Positions 10,944 to 21,850 of a DNA stretch of 30,663 nt are shown piece after piece (positions within the stretch are counted from its first letter, which is position 1; each line of letters opens with the position of its first letter). The notes under the pieces were generated by a model, which had not been told where the DNA came from, made no database searches, and saw only the letters and a list, made by a program, of their open reading frames with translations. The position numbers were made by a program, and so were the translations under genes. Source of the stretch: Macrostomum lignano (lineage: Eukaryota); NCBI GenBank assembly GCA_002269645.1, contig NIVC01001368.1:249554-280216 (forward strand), in the 5' to 3' direction.

Positions 10944-12547
10944 GGGGCATAAAGTTGTGGAGTTGCTGACTTGAATGTTCCGCTTGTGAGTTTTACATAG
11001 CTGATCAAAGATGCATATAAGCCAGCGCTTGGATAGACTTATGATTTTAGGCTGCTTCCGCCTCTCATTTCCCCATGTTTAGGTTGTCATGAAGCAAAAA
11101 TTACTCAAACGGAAGACGATTAAATTTTATTATCAAATTAAGATTTTGATAGCGTATATTTTTTTACATCCGGCAGTTAACAAAATTTTTAAAAGAATAA
11201 AATATAGATAGTAGGGAATATTCTGTTGAGAAGACGCATATTGGGCAAATAAAATTTATCACAAACAGGTTCTGGAGTACAGTTTCTGAAATAAAAGCTG
11301 GACAAGAATTTGCACCAACTACCTGACGCCTAAACAGATAGTCAGATAATTTAATAACAAGTTGAGCGTTCGCAGTAAGCAGGGACCACAGCGGGAGCAG
11401 AGCAAAGTGCTTAGCAGCAATTCTGACAGCGCCATGGCCAGCGATCGGGTCATAGCCTGCGCTCATTGCAAATGACGCTTTGGGCAGTATGACCGTCATA
11501 GAAGCGCATGGATGCGCTGCAAGCTGCTGCGCTGCACTAAGCAATGTAAGTTTATCTCTGTAGATATCGCTGGGAGCAGCAATACTAGACACTGATGGAC
11601 TTAACCTTTTTTGTTCATTAAATACTTATATGGATTGACAGCCCTTGGGCTTGTAAGTCTCGCTATGAGTGCGGCTTCGAGTCATGCTTTTCTGGAAACT
11701 TGGGCAACTCCGGCTGCTGCTTGGTAAAGGCCCGGTGGCCTCTACCGCCGTTACTGGCCGAGCTGTTGGCCTGCTGCTCAGCAGGTGCGTCCCGCTTGGC
11801 GCAGCAAGACGTGAAGAATTTGATTATCACTCAGCACATGCTCATGAATGGGCCGAGGCGGTAGCACGATTGCATTCGCAATAGAACTGTCTCTATCTCT
11901 AGGCAAAACTAGCCACAGCGCTCGGGCCATCCGGCATTTTATCTAATTTTGCTAATTCTTCAGTCGTCAATCACCAAAAGCAACTTAACGAACCTTTGAC
12001 AAGGACACCAGAAACTGTAAGTCCGTATCAACTGTGCACCAAAATCTGGTGGACCACGGGTATTTTTGAACGATATAGCAATAGCAGAGGCAATATTTGA
12101 CTTCCGCAAGCCATTGAAACTAACCCCTACTGTGCACTAGATTTCCCTCAGACCTATCTCTAAACCCGCTAAAACAAGTTAGACCCGCTTTAAAATGACA
12201 AAAAAGCAGCAGCCCATATAGATAAACACGATTTGCAATACAGATTTATTTAATTTTAAAAATTCTTAAAAGATTACCTTTGAATAAAAATACGAAGCAT
12301 AAGCTGATTTGACTCGATAATACCATTGATTGACAGTATGAAATATTGCACAATAACAATGCAGGCTAAGCGGATTGCAAAAACTAAAACTGGAAGCGTG
12401 CGAGAACAGATCAAATGTGACAGAGTAAATATCAGCGTGCATGCTGGATGCTCTGGAGCGGAGCATTTGGGCTCATATCTTTGGGATTCCTGACTTCTGC
12501 TGTGCTGAAGCTGGACTCTTACATTCCAGCACTGTTTGCCATTGCGG

Positions 12548-12710
12548 TCAGTGACACTGCGATTCCCTGTTCCATTGAGTGCCACTGCTCAGTGACGCTT
12601 CAATTCCCTGTACCATTGAGTGCCACTGCTCAGTGACGCTTCAATTTCCTGTACCACTGAGTGCCACTGCTCAGTGACGCTTCAATTTCCTGTACCACTG
12701 AGTGCCATTA
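12548..12710. repeat. Minisatellite, 41 bp x about 4, intergenic or in the PSS 3' region
   Basis: Unit CCA(T/C)TGAGTGCCACTGCTCAGTGACGCTTCAATT(C/T)CCTGTA; starts at 12572 and 12613 give the 41-bp period. Confidence 0.9.
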
Positions 12711-13987
12711 CGCTTAGACTGTCAGCAATTCAAAACAGATAAAAGCAACAGCAAACAAATACTTTTTCAGCTTCCAGCAGCAGAGATACAAAGTGGTGCA
12801 GTGGTACAAAAGTGCATCGCAGACGGTATTTATGATGAAAATATGTAGACAGCGCTGTGTACCTAACTGAATTAGTTAAACAAGCTCAAGGTTTAATCCA
12901 GCAGACATAACCATCGAGGTGGAAATTGGAAAAGAAACCTGTGAAAAGGGGACTCAAACACGGGCTGCAGGGAAAATGCGCTGCAGCTTAAATAAGCTTC
13001 ATCAGCTAATAAGCGCGATAATACTTTGCAGATGCAAAATGAAGAATACTGCGATTGCTACTGAAATTTAATAATTAGTGCGTTGCGGTTTCTGTCAGAC
13101 ATTGTTGGACAAAGATAGCTAAACTACGAGCCCGTCTCCAAGCCAAAAACTGGCCGGAAACAGATAACTAAGCCACAGTAAGCAGTGCTGTATTGCATCG
13201 GGAGAGCATGAGCTCTAAATTCTAGTACAGCATGAGTGCAGCTTTGAAAACATCTTGTAATAGAAATAATGCGAATTCGCGGACAAAAACTAAAGCTAAC
13301 ACCAAAATAGACAGCTGAAGATGCAGATGCGGCTCAATAATACTAGCTTAGAGCCGCCAGCCGCCACATCTCTGCAATATTTGTCATAACAGAAAGATTA
13401 TTGAGCTGGAATTACTCGCAGCAATTCTGGAATTCTCCTGATACTGTACAAAAAACCAAAATCAGTGTTTAAAGCAGCACAAGTGCTGAGTTTAAGTTGG
13501 ATGCGTGGAGAAGACCTAAGCTATGCGTCCTGACACTAGTCTGACAGCTACAGATCTATCAGCAACCTTGCGCGAATTTCACCACTGGGTTTCAGAGAAT
13601 AACAATGCTACAATGGCATGCTGCAATTATCAGTCTAAAAAAACTGTAAAACAAAGGAAAAAAACTGGTATTGTCATCACAAGGGCTAAAATTGTACCGA
13701 AATTGAACTCAAACTTATAAAATTAATAAGATTACGATGTTGAGTATTACAACAGCAATGGGCATGCAGGATAGTAGCTTATTTGGACTTTTAAGTAACT
13801 AAAACTTTCAGTTAAATTTTCAGTTCCATGTGACCGGCCAATTTTCAGTTCCAATGTGATTTGTCTTATTAACAGTTTGCTTTGAAACTTCAAGCCTCTT
13901 GATTTTGTCAATTCTATTTTATCTAGTGGATACAGTGAGTGAATTACTGCACAGAGACCGCTGCCTGAAGCGACTGCTGCTCTTATT

Positions 13988-16900
13988 TTAAGACTGCTTC
14001 TTCGCATCCAACTGGCAACCGTTCGGTGAGCTACCGGCCTCACTGCTGTAGCCGTTCGTTTTGGCGCTGCTGCGCCGGCTGCAGCGGGCCTTGGCCACGA
14101 ATGCGCACAGGAATACGATGAAGAAGGAGGACATGATCTGCGGGGGAACACAATGAGACATGATCTGCGGGGAACACAATGAGACATGATCTGCGGGGGA
14201 ACACAATGAGACATGAACATCTGAGACATGATCTGCGGGGGAACACAATGAGACATGATCTGCGGGAACGAACACAATGAGACATGATCTGCGGGGGAAC
14301 ACAATGAGACATGATCTGCGGGAACGAACACAATGAGACATGATCTGCGGGGGAACACAATGAGACATGATCTGCGGAAACGAACACAATGAGACATGAT
14401 CTGTGGGAACGAACACAATGAGACATGATCTGTGGGAACGAACACAATGAGACATGATCTGTGGGAACGAACACAATGAGACATGATCTGTGGGAACGAA
14501 CACAATGAGACATGATCTGTGGGAACGAACACAATGAGACATGATCTGTGGGAACGAACACAATGAGACATGATCTGCGGGAGGGAACTCAAGGATGGAG
14601 AGCATGATCTGCAGGAGGGAACTCAAGGATGGAGAGCATGATCTGCGGGAGGGAACTCAAGGATGGAGAGCATGATCTGCGGGAGGGAACTCAAGGATGG
14701 AGAGCATGATCTGCAGGAGGGAACTCAAGGATGGAGAGCATGATCTGCGGGAGGGAACTCAAGGATGGAGAACATGATCTGCAGGAGGGAACTCAAGGAT
14801 GGAGAGCATGATCTGCGGGAGGGAACTCAAGGATGGAGAGCATGATCTGCGGGAGGAAACTCAAGGATGGAGAGCATGACCTGCGGCAGGGAACACTATG
14901 ATGAGGAGCATGATCTGCGGCAGGGAACACTAAAATGGAGAGCATGATCTGCGGGATGCGGGAGGGAGCATGGGAGCATCAAGGATGGAGAGCATGATCT
15001 GCGGCAGGGAATACTATGATGGAGAGCATGATCTGCGGCAGGGAACACTAAAATGGAGAGCATGACCTGCGGCAGGGAACACAATGATGGAGAGCATGAC
15101 CTGTGGCAGGGAACACAATGATGGGGAGCATGACCTGCGGCAGGGAACACAATGATGGGGAGCATGACCTGCGGCAGGGAATACAATGATGGAGAGCATG
15201 ACCTGTGGCAGGGAACACAATGATGGAGAGCATGACCTGCGGCAGGGAACACAATGATGGAGAGCATGACCTGCGGCAGGGAACACAATGATGGAGAGCA
15301 TGACCTGTGGCAGGGAACACAATGATGGGGAGCATGACCTGCGGCAGGGAATACAATGATGGAGGAGTCTGGGGAGTATGACGTGTGGGTTCTGAGAAAT
15401 CTACTTAAGAATTGGCATTACAACTATTGCTGCTACACCTGTGGCAACTGACAGCGATATAAAACGATTTTGAAAACTTTCCCTCACCGAGTAGACAATC
15501 CAGAGAACAATGTTGAGAATGACTGTCTTCTCGAAGAAGTGCCGGCCAAACTTCAGGCAAACGATGGCCTCGGTCACGACAACGGCTCTGCGAAAGGTCA
15601 GAAGATGGGATAACAATGACTCTCCACCGACTGGCAGGTGGCTATAAGGAGTGGCAGCCTGCGTCCTTTTTTGGTGCAGCTTTTTGGAGCACTGTTTTGA
15701 AAGCAGCAAACTTACACGAACACCCACAGTTGAGTGCCAACACGGTTGACGAGCGGGTCCGTCACGTACAGGTAGTACTGTCTGCGGATGGATCAGGTTA
15801 CTCTAGCTAGCAGCTATATACGATAAGAAAAGTACCGACAAAATTAATGAGAATGCAACTGTCATAGAATCGAAAAGCAAATAAAAGTTGCAGTAAAAAG
15901 GGCACTAGAAAATCCCTTATTCCCGTAGCAATACGAGTACATCTGAAATCCCGCGCCCTTGCTGATGGGCCCAGGGAGCACACATGCGCAACACTCGGCC
16001 GGGTGAAGAGGCCGCCGGCCAAATAAGGCTCAAAAGTTGACCCCAGTAAGAGGACTAAATTTTAGAATCGAAGTTCTCAGCTAAAATTAGCAGGCGGATC
16101 TCCACTTGGCTTGGTGATACGAGAAAAGTCCAATTTTGAAAATGAGAAAGCTGAATTACTAACCTGATGGCCGGAGCGCTGATGGCGGATATTAGGACCA
16201 GGCGGCCCAGTGTAGTGGGGTGGCTGGGCCTCACCAAGAAGATATGCTTCAAGAAGAAGCAGTTGAGCTCGGCCAGCTGGGTCATGACCACCAGGATGGA
16301 CACGGCAATGACCCGCATGAAGGAGCTCTCTGGGTCCAGCCAGCGTGTGGGGGTCCAGCTGAAAGCGGCGGTGTCAGGCTGCATTGCATCGCTGAATTTA
16401 CTAACCAACAGGTCTGAGCAACAACACTCACCTGCCGGGTGTAAACTGAAAGAAAGCTCGCTTGATTTTGCCTGTGGTGGAGTTGATTGACCTGTGGGGA
16501 GAGCGCGGAGGATTAACTCAGCTCTGAGCTATGAGTTGCTAGCCGGGGTACAAGCTGTGGAAAACGCAGCTTTCTAGAGCCTGTCACAAAAGTAAAAAAT
16601 CAAAGCAACAAAAATCGAACTGGACAAACAAATGTTTATCTTTGCAGGAGGCCTATTTCTGTTTCGGTACAGATGGCTCTGTAAAAATTCAGCCAGGCCT
16701 AGTGAAGTGAGACAATAGGTTCCCCTTCTAGAATTTTCAGTCTTATTACATTTGCTCACTCAGGGCTCATACTTAGTTTTTTTACCTAATGCTCTCCCAG
16801 TGGTAGCTGCGCATCTCCAGCCACTTGCACAGCTGCATGCCCAGGTAGATGCCCAGCCCGTTGCACAGCAGCACATCCAACAGCACAATGTCCCACCAGC

Positions 16901-19900
16901 ACTCGCGGAAGTTCGGCAGGATGTGAGAGAAGGCCAGCTCGGTGATCTCCCAGTTCACTGACAGAAGCCAAGCCAGGCCGTAGTGGCGCAGCAGCACAGC
17001 CTTCATCACCCAGCCGAACAGGTGGGCGACAGCGAATCCATCCAGGTGGGCGTATAGACGGGCCACAGTCACCTCAGAGCAGTTTACGGCGTAGTCCTGT
17101 GGGCAAAAAGTGTGCTAATTAGTATGCTTGGAGCTGAGAGTATTAGCACAACTTCTCGCGACAGTGGTCCTGTAGCCAGGCGGCAACAGGTGAAAATTGC
17201 AAAACATGCCCATTCCTGTGACCCGTGAGTCCAGTAGTAGAACCTGTAATAGTAAAAAAAGCCAATGCACGCAAACAAGAGGCCGCACCTTGTCGAGAAT
17301 GTCGTCGATGGTCATGCTGTGCAGGTCGGGGTACATGAAGTGCAGCGCCCGCCTCGCGTCCTCGTAGCTCAGAAAGCAGACGAACACCATGACCAGGAAA
17401 TAAAGCACGCTCACGCCTGCGGTGCAGCGATGTGTGGATCAAAACGTTATTTGCGACGGGGAACAATTATTTTAGAAGAATTGGGCTGCATTTTTTACCG
17501 TTTTGCGTGTCTGGACGACAAATTTTTGCAATAGGTCTAAAATATCGCTTATGAAATTCCTGGTGTTTTCGTCCGCTTACAGCTCGAATATACAACCAGA
17601 ACTACTGAATAGTAATACATGACGCTTTATCTTTTGTACAGATAAAATTTAATTGATGCAATCCCATTACAAAAATTAAAGACAAGTTGAGTTTACTTAA
17701 CAGTGAGTGGGGCGAGAACGCAATGATAAAGAAAGCGGTTCGCAAAGGAAGTGAAAGTGAGAGTAGCAGCGCACAAGACGCAAGAGATGCACTGAGCATC
17801 AGAATGATGTACGTAGCACATCCAATGCACTCTACACAGCAGATAGGCAAGACCAGAATGCATCAGACAGACGGCAGTCAAGTGCACGGCATAACACTCA
17901 GACATAAGAGCCAGAGATGGCAGAATATCGCGTTTCAAGATTATTTATTACATTTAAAGCTGCAGCGAAATATTTGCCGAGAACCAAAATAAATTAAATA
18001 CATGCAACCATGCTAGTGTACTTAGAAGCAAAGGTTTCACACAAACCACTCTGGTACACTGGTGGTACAGATTGAGAGGGGATCCAACACATTGTTGAAG
18101 TAAATTACTGTAGCAAGCACTTTACCGTTTAACCAAAATCTCGTGCAGCCGACTGGTGCCTAAACGAGCGCGCACAAATGCAAATAACGATTTACAACGG
18201 GAAAGTTACAATTCTCAAGCGCATAGAAACCATGCAGAAATACTGTAGGGACGGTAGGTATAGAAACTGCTCTTTTACCAAACACGATTCTCCAAACTGC
18301 CGGATGCGGCCGATTGAATGGACCTGGCGATCAATAGGGGAAACAATTAGTCCAATTTGAGGAGTTTTCATCAATTAAGTGCAGCTGCAGGATGCATTGG
18401 AGACAATTGAAACTCACCGTTCGGCATTACCAGTATGGATATTATGAGAAATATGATACAAACGGCTATTCCTCCATCCCAGACATCTTGCTTCAGGGTG
18501 GTATTGGCCCTGTAAAGTGCGAATTGTGGCAAATCTGTCAATTAGAAGCAAAATTGCTTTTGCAATTAATGCTAGTGAAGAATGGTAATTTATGTAATTG
18601 GGGAGTATTAATTATTACCTTAAAGCCCAAGGAGCTGGCATGCATAGGGATATTGCAGTGAAAACATTCAACCAAATAGAGACAAAAAATAATCATTAAA
18701 AAAAATTTACATAGCTCTTACAAAAGTGATGTTTTGATATACATACTAGTCAATTTATACTATTATAAAGGCAGCTAAGTAAAGTAAACCTAGCTACATA
18801 TAATGAAAGTTCATAAAAATTAATATTGAACTATATTTTTTCTTCTGGCCTATAGTCAAACAGTAGATTCTTTGTCTAGCCCTTAAGATAAAAAAGTTGA
18901 TCTTTGATCTAGCTAAATTATTAGGGGTGTCCAAAAAGTAGTGATACTCCCAACCGCAGCTCCCATTCTACAGCCCCCTGTGATTTAAAATTTTTTAAAC
19001 TGATAGCAGCAAATCTCTTCTACAAACCGCCCCTTGAACCTTTAAAACTGATACCAGAGAACAAAAGTTATACCCATGAAAGCAACAATACCCGTACCAT
19101 AGAGTTACACAAATTATAGGCTGAGCTTCATGAGATCCATGCCGAATAAGCTTCAATGAATTGTTGATTTCGGCTTGAGATCCATGCCAAGTAAGCTTCA
19201 ATGAATTGTTGATTTCGGCTTGAGATCCATGCCGAGTAAGCTTTGATGAATTGTTGATTTCGGCTTGAGATCCATGCCGAGTAAGCTTTGATGAATTGTT
19301 GATTTCGGCTTGAGATCCATGCCAAGTAAGCTTCAATGAATTGTTGATTTCGGCTTGAGATCCATGCCGAGTAAGCTTCAATGAATTGTTGATTTCGGCT
19401 TAAGATCTATGCCAAGTAAGCTTCAATGAATTGTTGATTTTGGCTTGAGATCCATGCCGAGTAAGCTTCAATGAATTGTTGATTTCGGCTTGAGATCCAT
19501 GCCGAGTAAGCTTCAATGAATTGTTGATTTCAGCTTGAGATCCATGCCAAGTAAGCTTCAATGAATTGTTGATTTTGGCTTGTCCAACCTGTCAGCAATA
19601 TCTCTAATGGTCATTTGGGAGTCCTTATCAAGAAGATCCAGAATGGAGTCTGCCAGTACATCAGGTTGATGAACATATGGCCGCCCCATCCGATGCTGAT
19701 CTGCCAAGTCAGTCTTTCCCTTGCTGAATTGCTCCATCCATCAATACAATAAACTGTCAATTTGCTCACCACAGAGGATCCATGCAAAGAGCAAAGTTTT
19801 GCATGAATTTCTGAGGCACTATGGCCAGCACCCCAAAGAGTGAAGATAGTACTTTGCTGAGCAACAACTGAGTGCATATCCATGTGTGATGTTGAGTATA

Positions 19901-21048
19901 GGCAATGAAAGCATGAACAAATCATAAAATGCAAGCTCCTTTGTTTGCAAGTAAAGTAATGAATTTAATGCTTATTTTTCTGTGCATGATCCCATCCATG
20001 GACAAATTTTAGTTAGTCACAGTAAGCATCATTTTGCAATTGGGCTTTGGTATTGCTTAAACAAGACATTTATTGATGCCTTCTTAATGAATGAGTGCAG
20101 AAGTTGACTATTATAAATTTTGATATAGTTTGAGTAACTCTATGGTATAGGTACTATCACTTTAATGGGTATAACTTTCATTCTCTAGTATCAATTTTAA
20201 AAATTCAAAAAGCAGTCTGTAGAAGAGATTTTTTTATTATCAGTTCATAACATTTTAAATCATAGGAAGCTATAGAATGAGAGCTATGGTTAAAAGAATC
20301 AGTACTTTTTTGATACTCTGTTTATTTTTTAAAATAAAAATTCTAAAATGGCTATTTTAAGAGTTACTTATATTATAAAAAATAAATTTAGAGAAAGATA
20401 TTTACTAGGCCTACTGATAAATATATTCTTACAAGGATAAAAGTTAGGAAGATTGCAACAATTCAAAAGATAAAGTAAAAATAGATTTCAATTCAATTTC
20501 AAGATTCAATTTTGCATTCAAATGTATTTGTTGGATTCTAGTTTTAATCCCCATTGAATCAAATTGAAAAAAATATAGATGCTAAGTTTAATATACAAAT
20601 ATCTAAGCAAACTTTGATATTAAGGTAAGCATATAGCTAGGCTTGTACATAAGATCACAAAAACATATTTTATAGTTAACCTAACTTAAATTAAGTTTTT
20701 TGATATTCTTTAAAGGCAAAATTAAAAGTGTTTATATAATTTGAATTTAAAGAGTTTAAACTTACTGAAAGTCTAAGATTCTTTATAGGTCTAACTATTA
20801 TAAACATAGCCATAAAATATACCTAGCCTTAGACCTAGTTTTTTTATTTAAAAAAATATGTTGCATCCTTACCTGTTTAAGGCCATATATATTATCCATG
20901 TAATTGTTATAGCCAATAAAGTGAGAGTATGGGGCTTATAAAAAAACTCTAATGTGATGTTATCAACCTTTTGTTTTTCAATTAAATTGGCAAAATGCTG
21001 ACACTCTGTCTCAGTTTTAGACAAATTCTGTTTACCTTTATCTTCCAT
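13988..21048 (-). CDS. PTDSS1: Phosphatidylserine synthase (base-exchange PSS family, PTDSS1-like), 10 exons, 440 aa
   Basis: Exons 21048-20873, 18509-18418, 18323-18279, 17416-17289, 17096-16786, 16491-16432, 16358-16164, 15781-15716, 15587-15488, 14137-13988. All junctions are GT-AG and in phase; 1323 nt = 441 codons. Motifs ITLEFFYKPHTLTLL, PNGPFNRPHPAVWR, AHLFGW, WEITE, PNFRECWWD, LDVLLCNG, GKIKRAFFQFTP, ELNCFFLKH, QYY...RVGTQLW and EAIVCLKFG follow the PTDSS1 order. Confidence 0.95.
14130..14580. repeat. Minisatellite, 26-29 bp units, starting inside the last PSS exon/acceptor
   Basis: Units GAGACATGATCTGCGGGGGAACACAAT (27 bp) and GAGACATGATCTGTGGGAACGAACACAAT (29 bp). Confidence 0.95.
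14581..15362. repeat. Minisatellite, about 34 bp units in two subfamilies, in the last PSS intron
   Basis: GAGCATGATCTGCGGGAGGGAACTCAAGGATGGA grades into GAGCATGACCTGCGGCAGGGAACACAATGATGGA; both share the CATGA(T/C)CTG(C/T)GG..GGAA core with the adjacent array. Confidence 0.95.
19123..19581. repeat. Minisatellite, 45 bp x about 10, inside the mariner transposase remnant
   Basis: Unit AGATCCATGCCGAGTAAGCTTCAATGAATTGTTGATTTCGGCTTG. Confidence 0.95.
19582..19883 (-). pseudogene. Mariner transposase N-terminal paired-like HTH fragment (frameshifted, catalytic domain absent)
   Basis: QQSTIFTLWGAGHSASEIHAKLCSLHGSSVVSKLTVY, then after a frameshift WMEQFSKGKTDLADQHRMGRP...ILDLLDKDSQMTIRDIADRLD. This is the typical Mos1-type pattern (W..QF..G..DL.D..R.GRP; T.R.IA..L). 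Confidence 0.85.
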
Positions 21049-21850
21049 TTTATTTAATTCTTTTTGAAATATTATAGGGCCTATGACAAGACAAATAAGA
21101 TCTGTGACAACTTAATCAGGCCATCAGGGCCAAGTTAAGCAAAATTCAGGATGGAATGAAAGACCAGGCCCTAAGGGCCTAGGCTAAGGCTCTTGCCTAA
21201 ATGCAAATTTTAATTAAACCAATAGAATAGGCAAATAATATTTTAAACTTAAAAAATCTGTATTTTTTTCAAATAAATTGAATTAAAAATAAGATAGGCG
21301 ACTACAACTCCACTCCTATACTATAGGATTCCTCCTGACCTTAGGGAAAGTAATTAGAAGCCTAAAATAAAATGAAAATATGATACAACATGTCTACAAT
21401 TCAATTTTACACTTTTCTATTATAGTCCCCTATTGCAGTCCAAACGACATGTATACGATACAAATACTCTCTAGAAATGCAGTCAGCTATAAGGGTATAT
21501 TTAAAAAAACAGGCCGGACTCTATCTGGGATGACCGCCGTATCTTCGGTTAGTAGTAGTAGTAGTAGTAAGAATTTGGCTCCGGCAATTAGCCTGTTTGG
21601 CTACAGTAGTAGTAGTAAATTTGGCTTAGGCTTAAGGAGCCTGTTATGCCAGTATGATCCGATTTATTTAGTATTTATTCAAAAGGTTAAATTTTACACG
21701 ATCGCTGAAAACGAGTACTACACGATATTTGTATTAAGTAAGGTATTTGAAAGGGCGTCAAGAATTTTTTTACGGTTTTTTCAGCCGATTAACGACTAAT
21801 GACGGAACAGCAAGATTCTAAGCAGGGAAAAATAGAAAATCGATGTTGTA

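Larger units (their letters stand above)
18923..20320 (-). mobile_element. Internally deleted Tc1/mariner-like DNA transposon with about 195-bp diverged TIRs, in PSS intron 1
   Basis: 18923-19118 aligns in inverted orientation with 20125-20320, and an N-terminal mariner transposase remnant lies between them. No clean TA TSD could be confirmed. Confidence 0.8.

Noticed and set aside
11546-11563. 18-nt GTAAGT...TAG micro-intron look-alike on +
   Set aside because: No flanking + strand ORF supports it, and it is shorter than plausible metazoan introns.
15990-16022. GGLFTRPS resembling the PSS NGPF.RPHP motif inside an intron
   Set aside because: The real motif is in exon 18323-18279; the match is short and has no splice support.
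5322-19581. Tandem arrays as CRISPR arrays
   Set aside because: The units are contiguous with no unique spacers, there are no cas genes, and the context is spliced eukaryotic DNA.
21380-21799. 139-aa ORF upstream of PSS
   Set aside because: It has AT-rich codons, includes (TAG)n-derived poly-Ser and shows no known motif; more likely promoter or UTR sequence.
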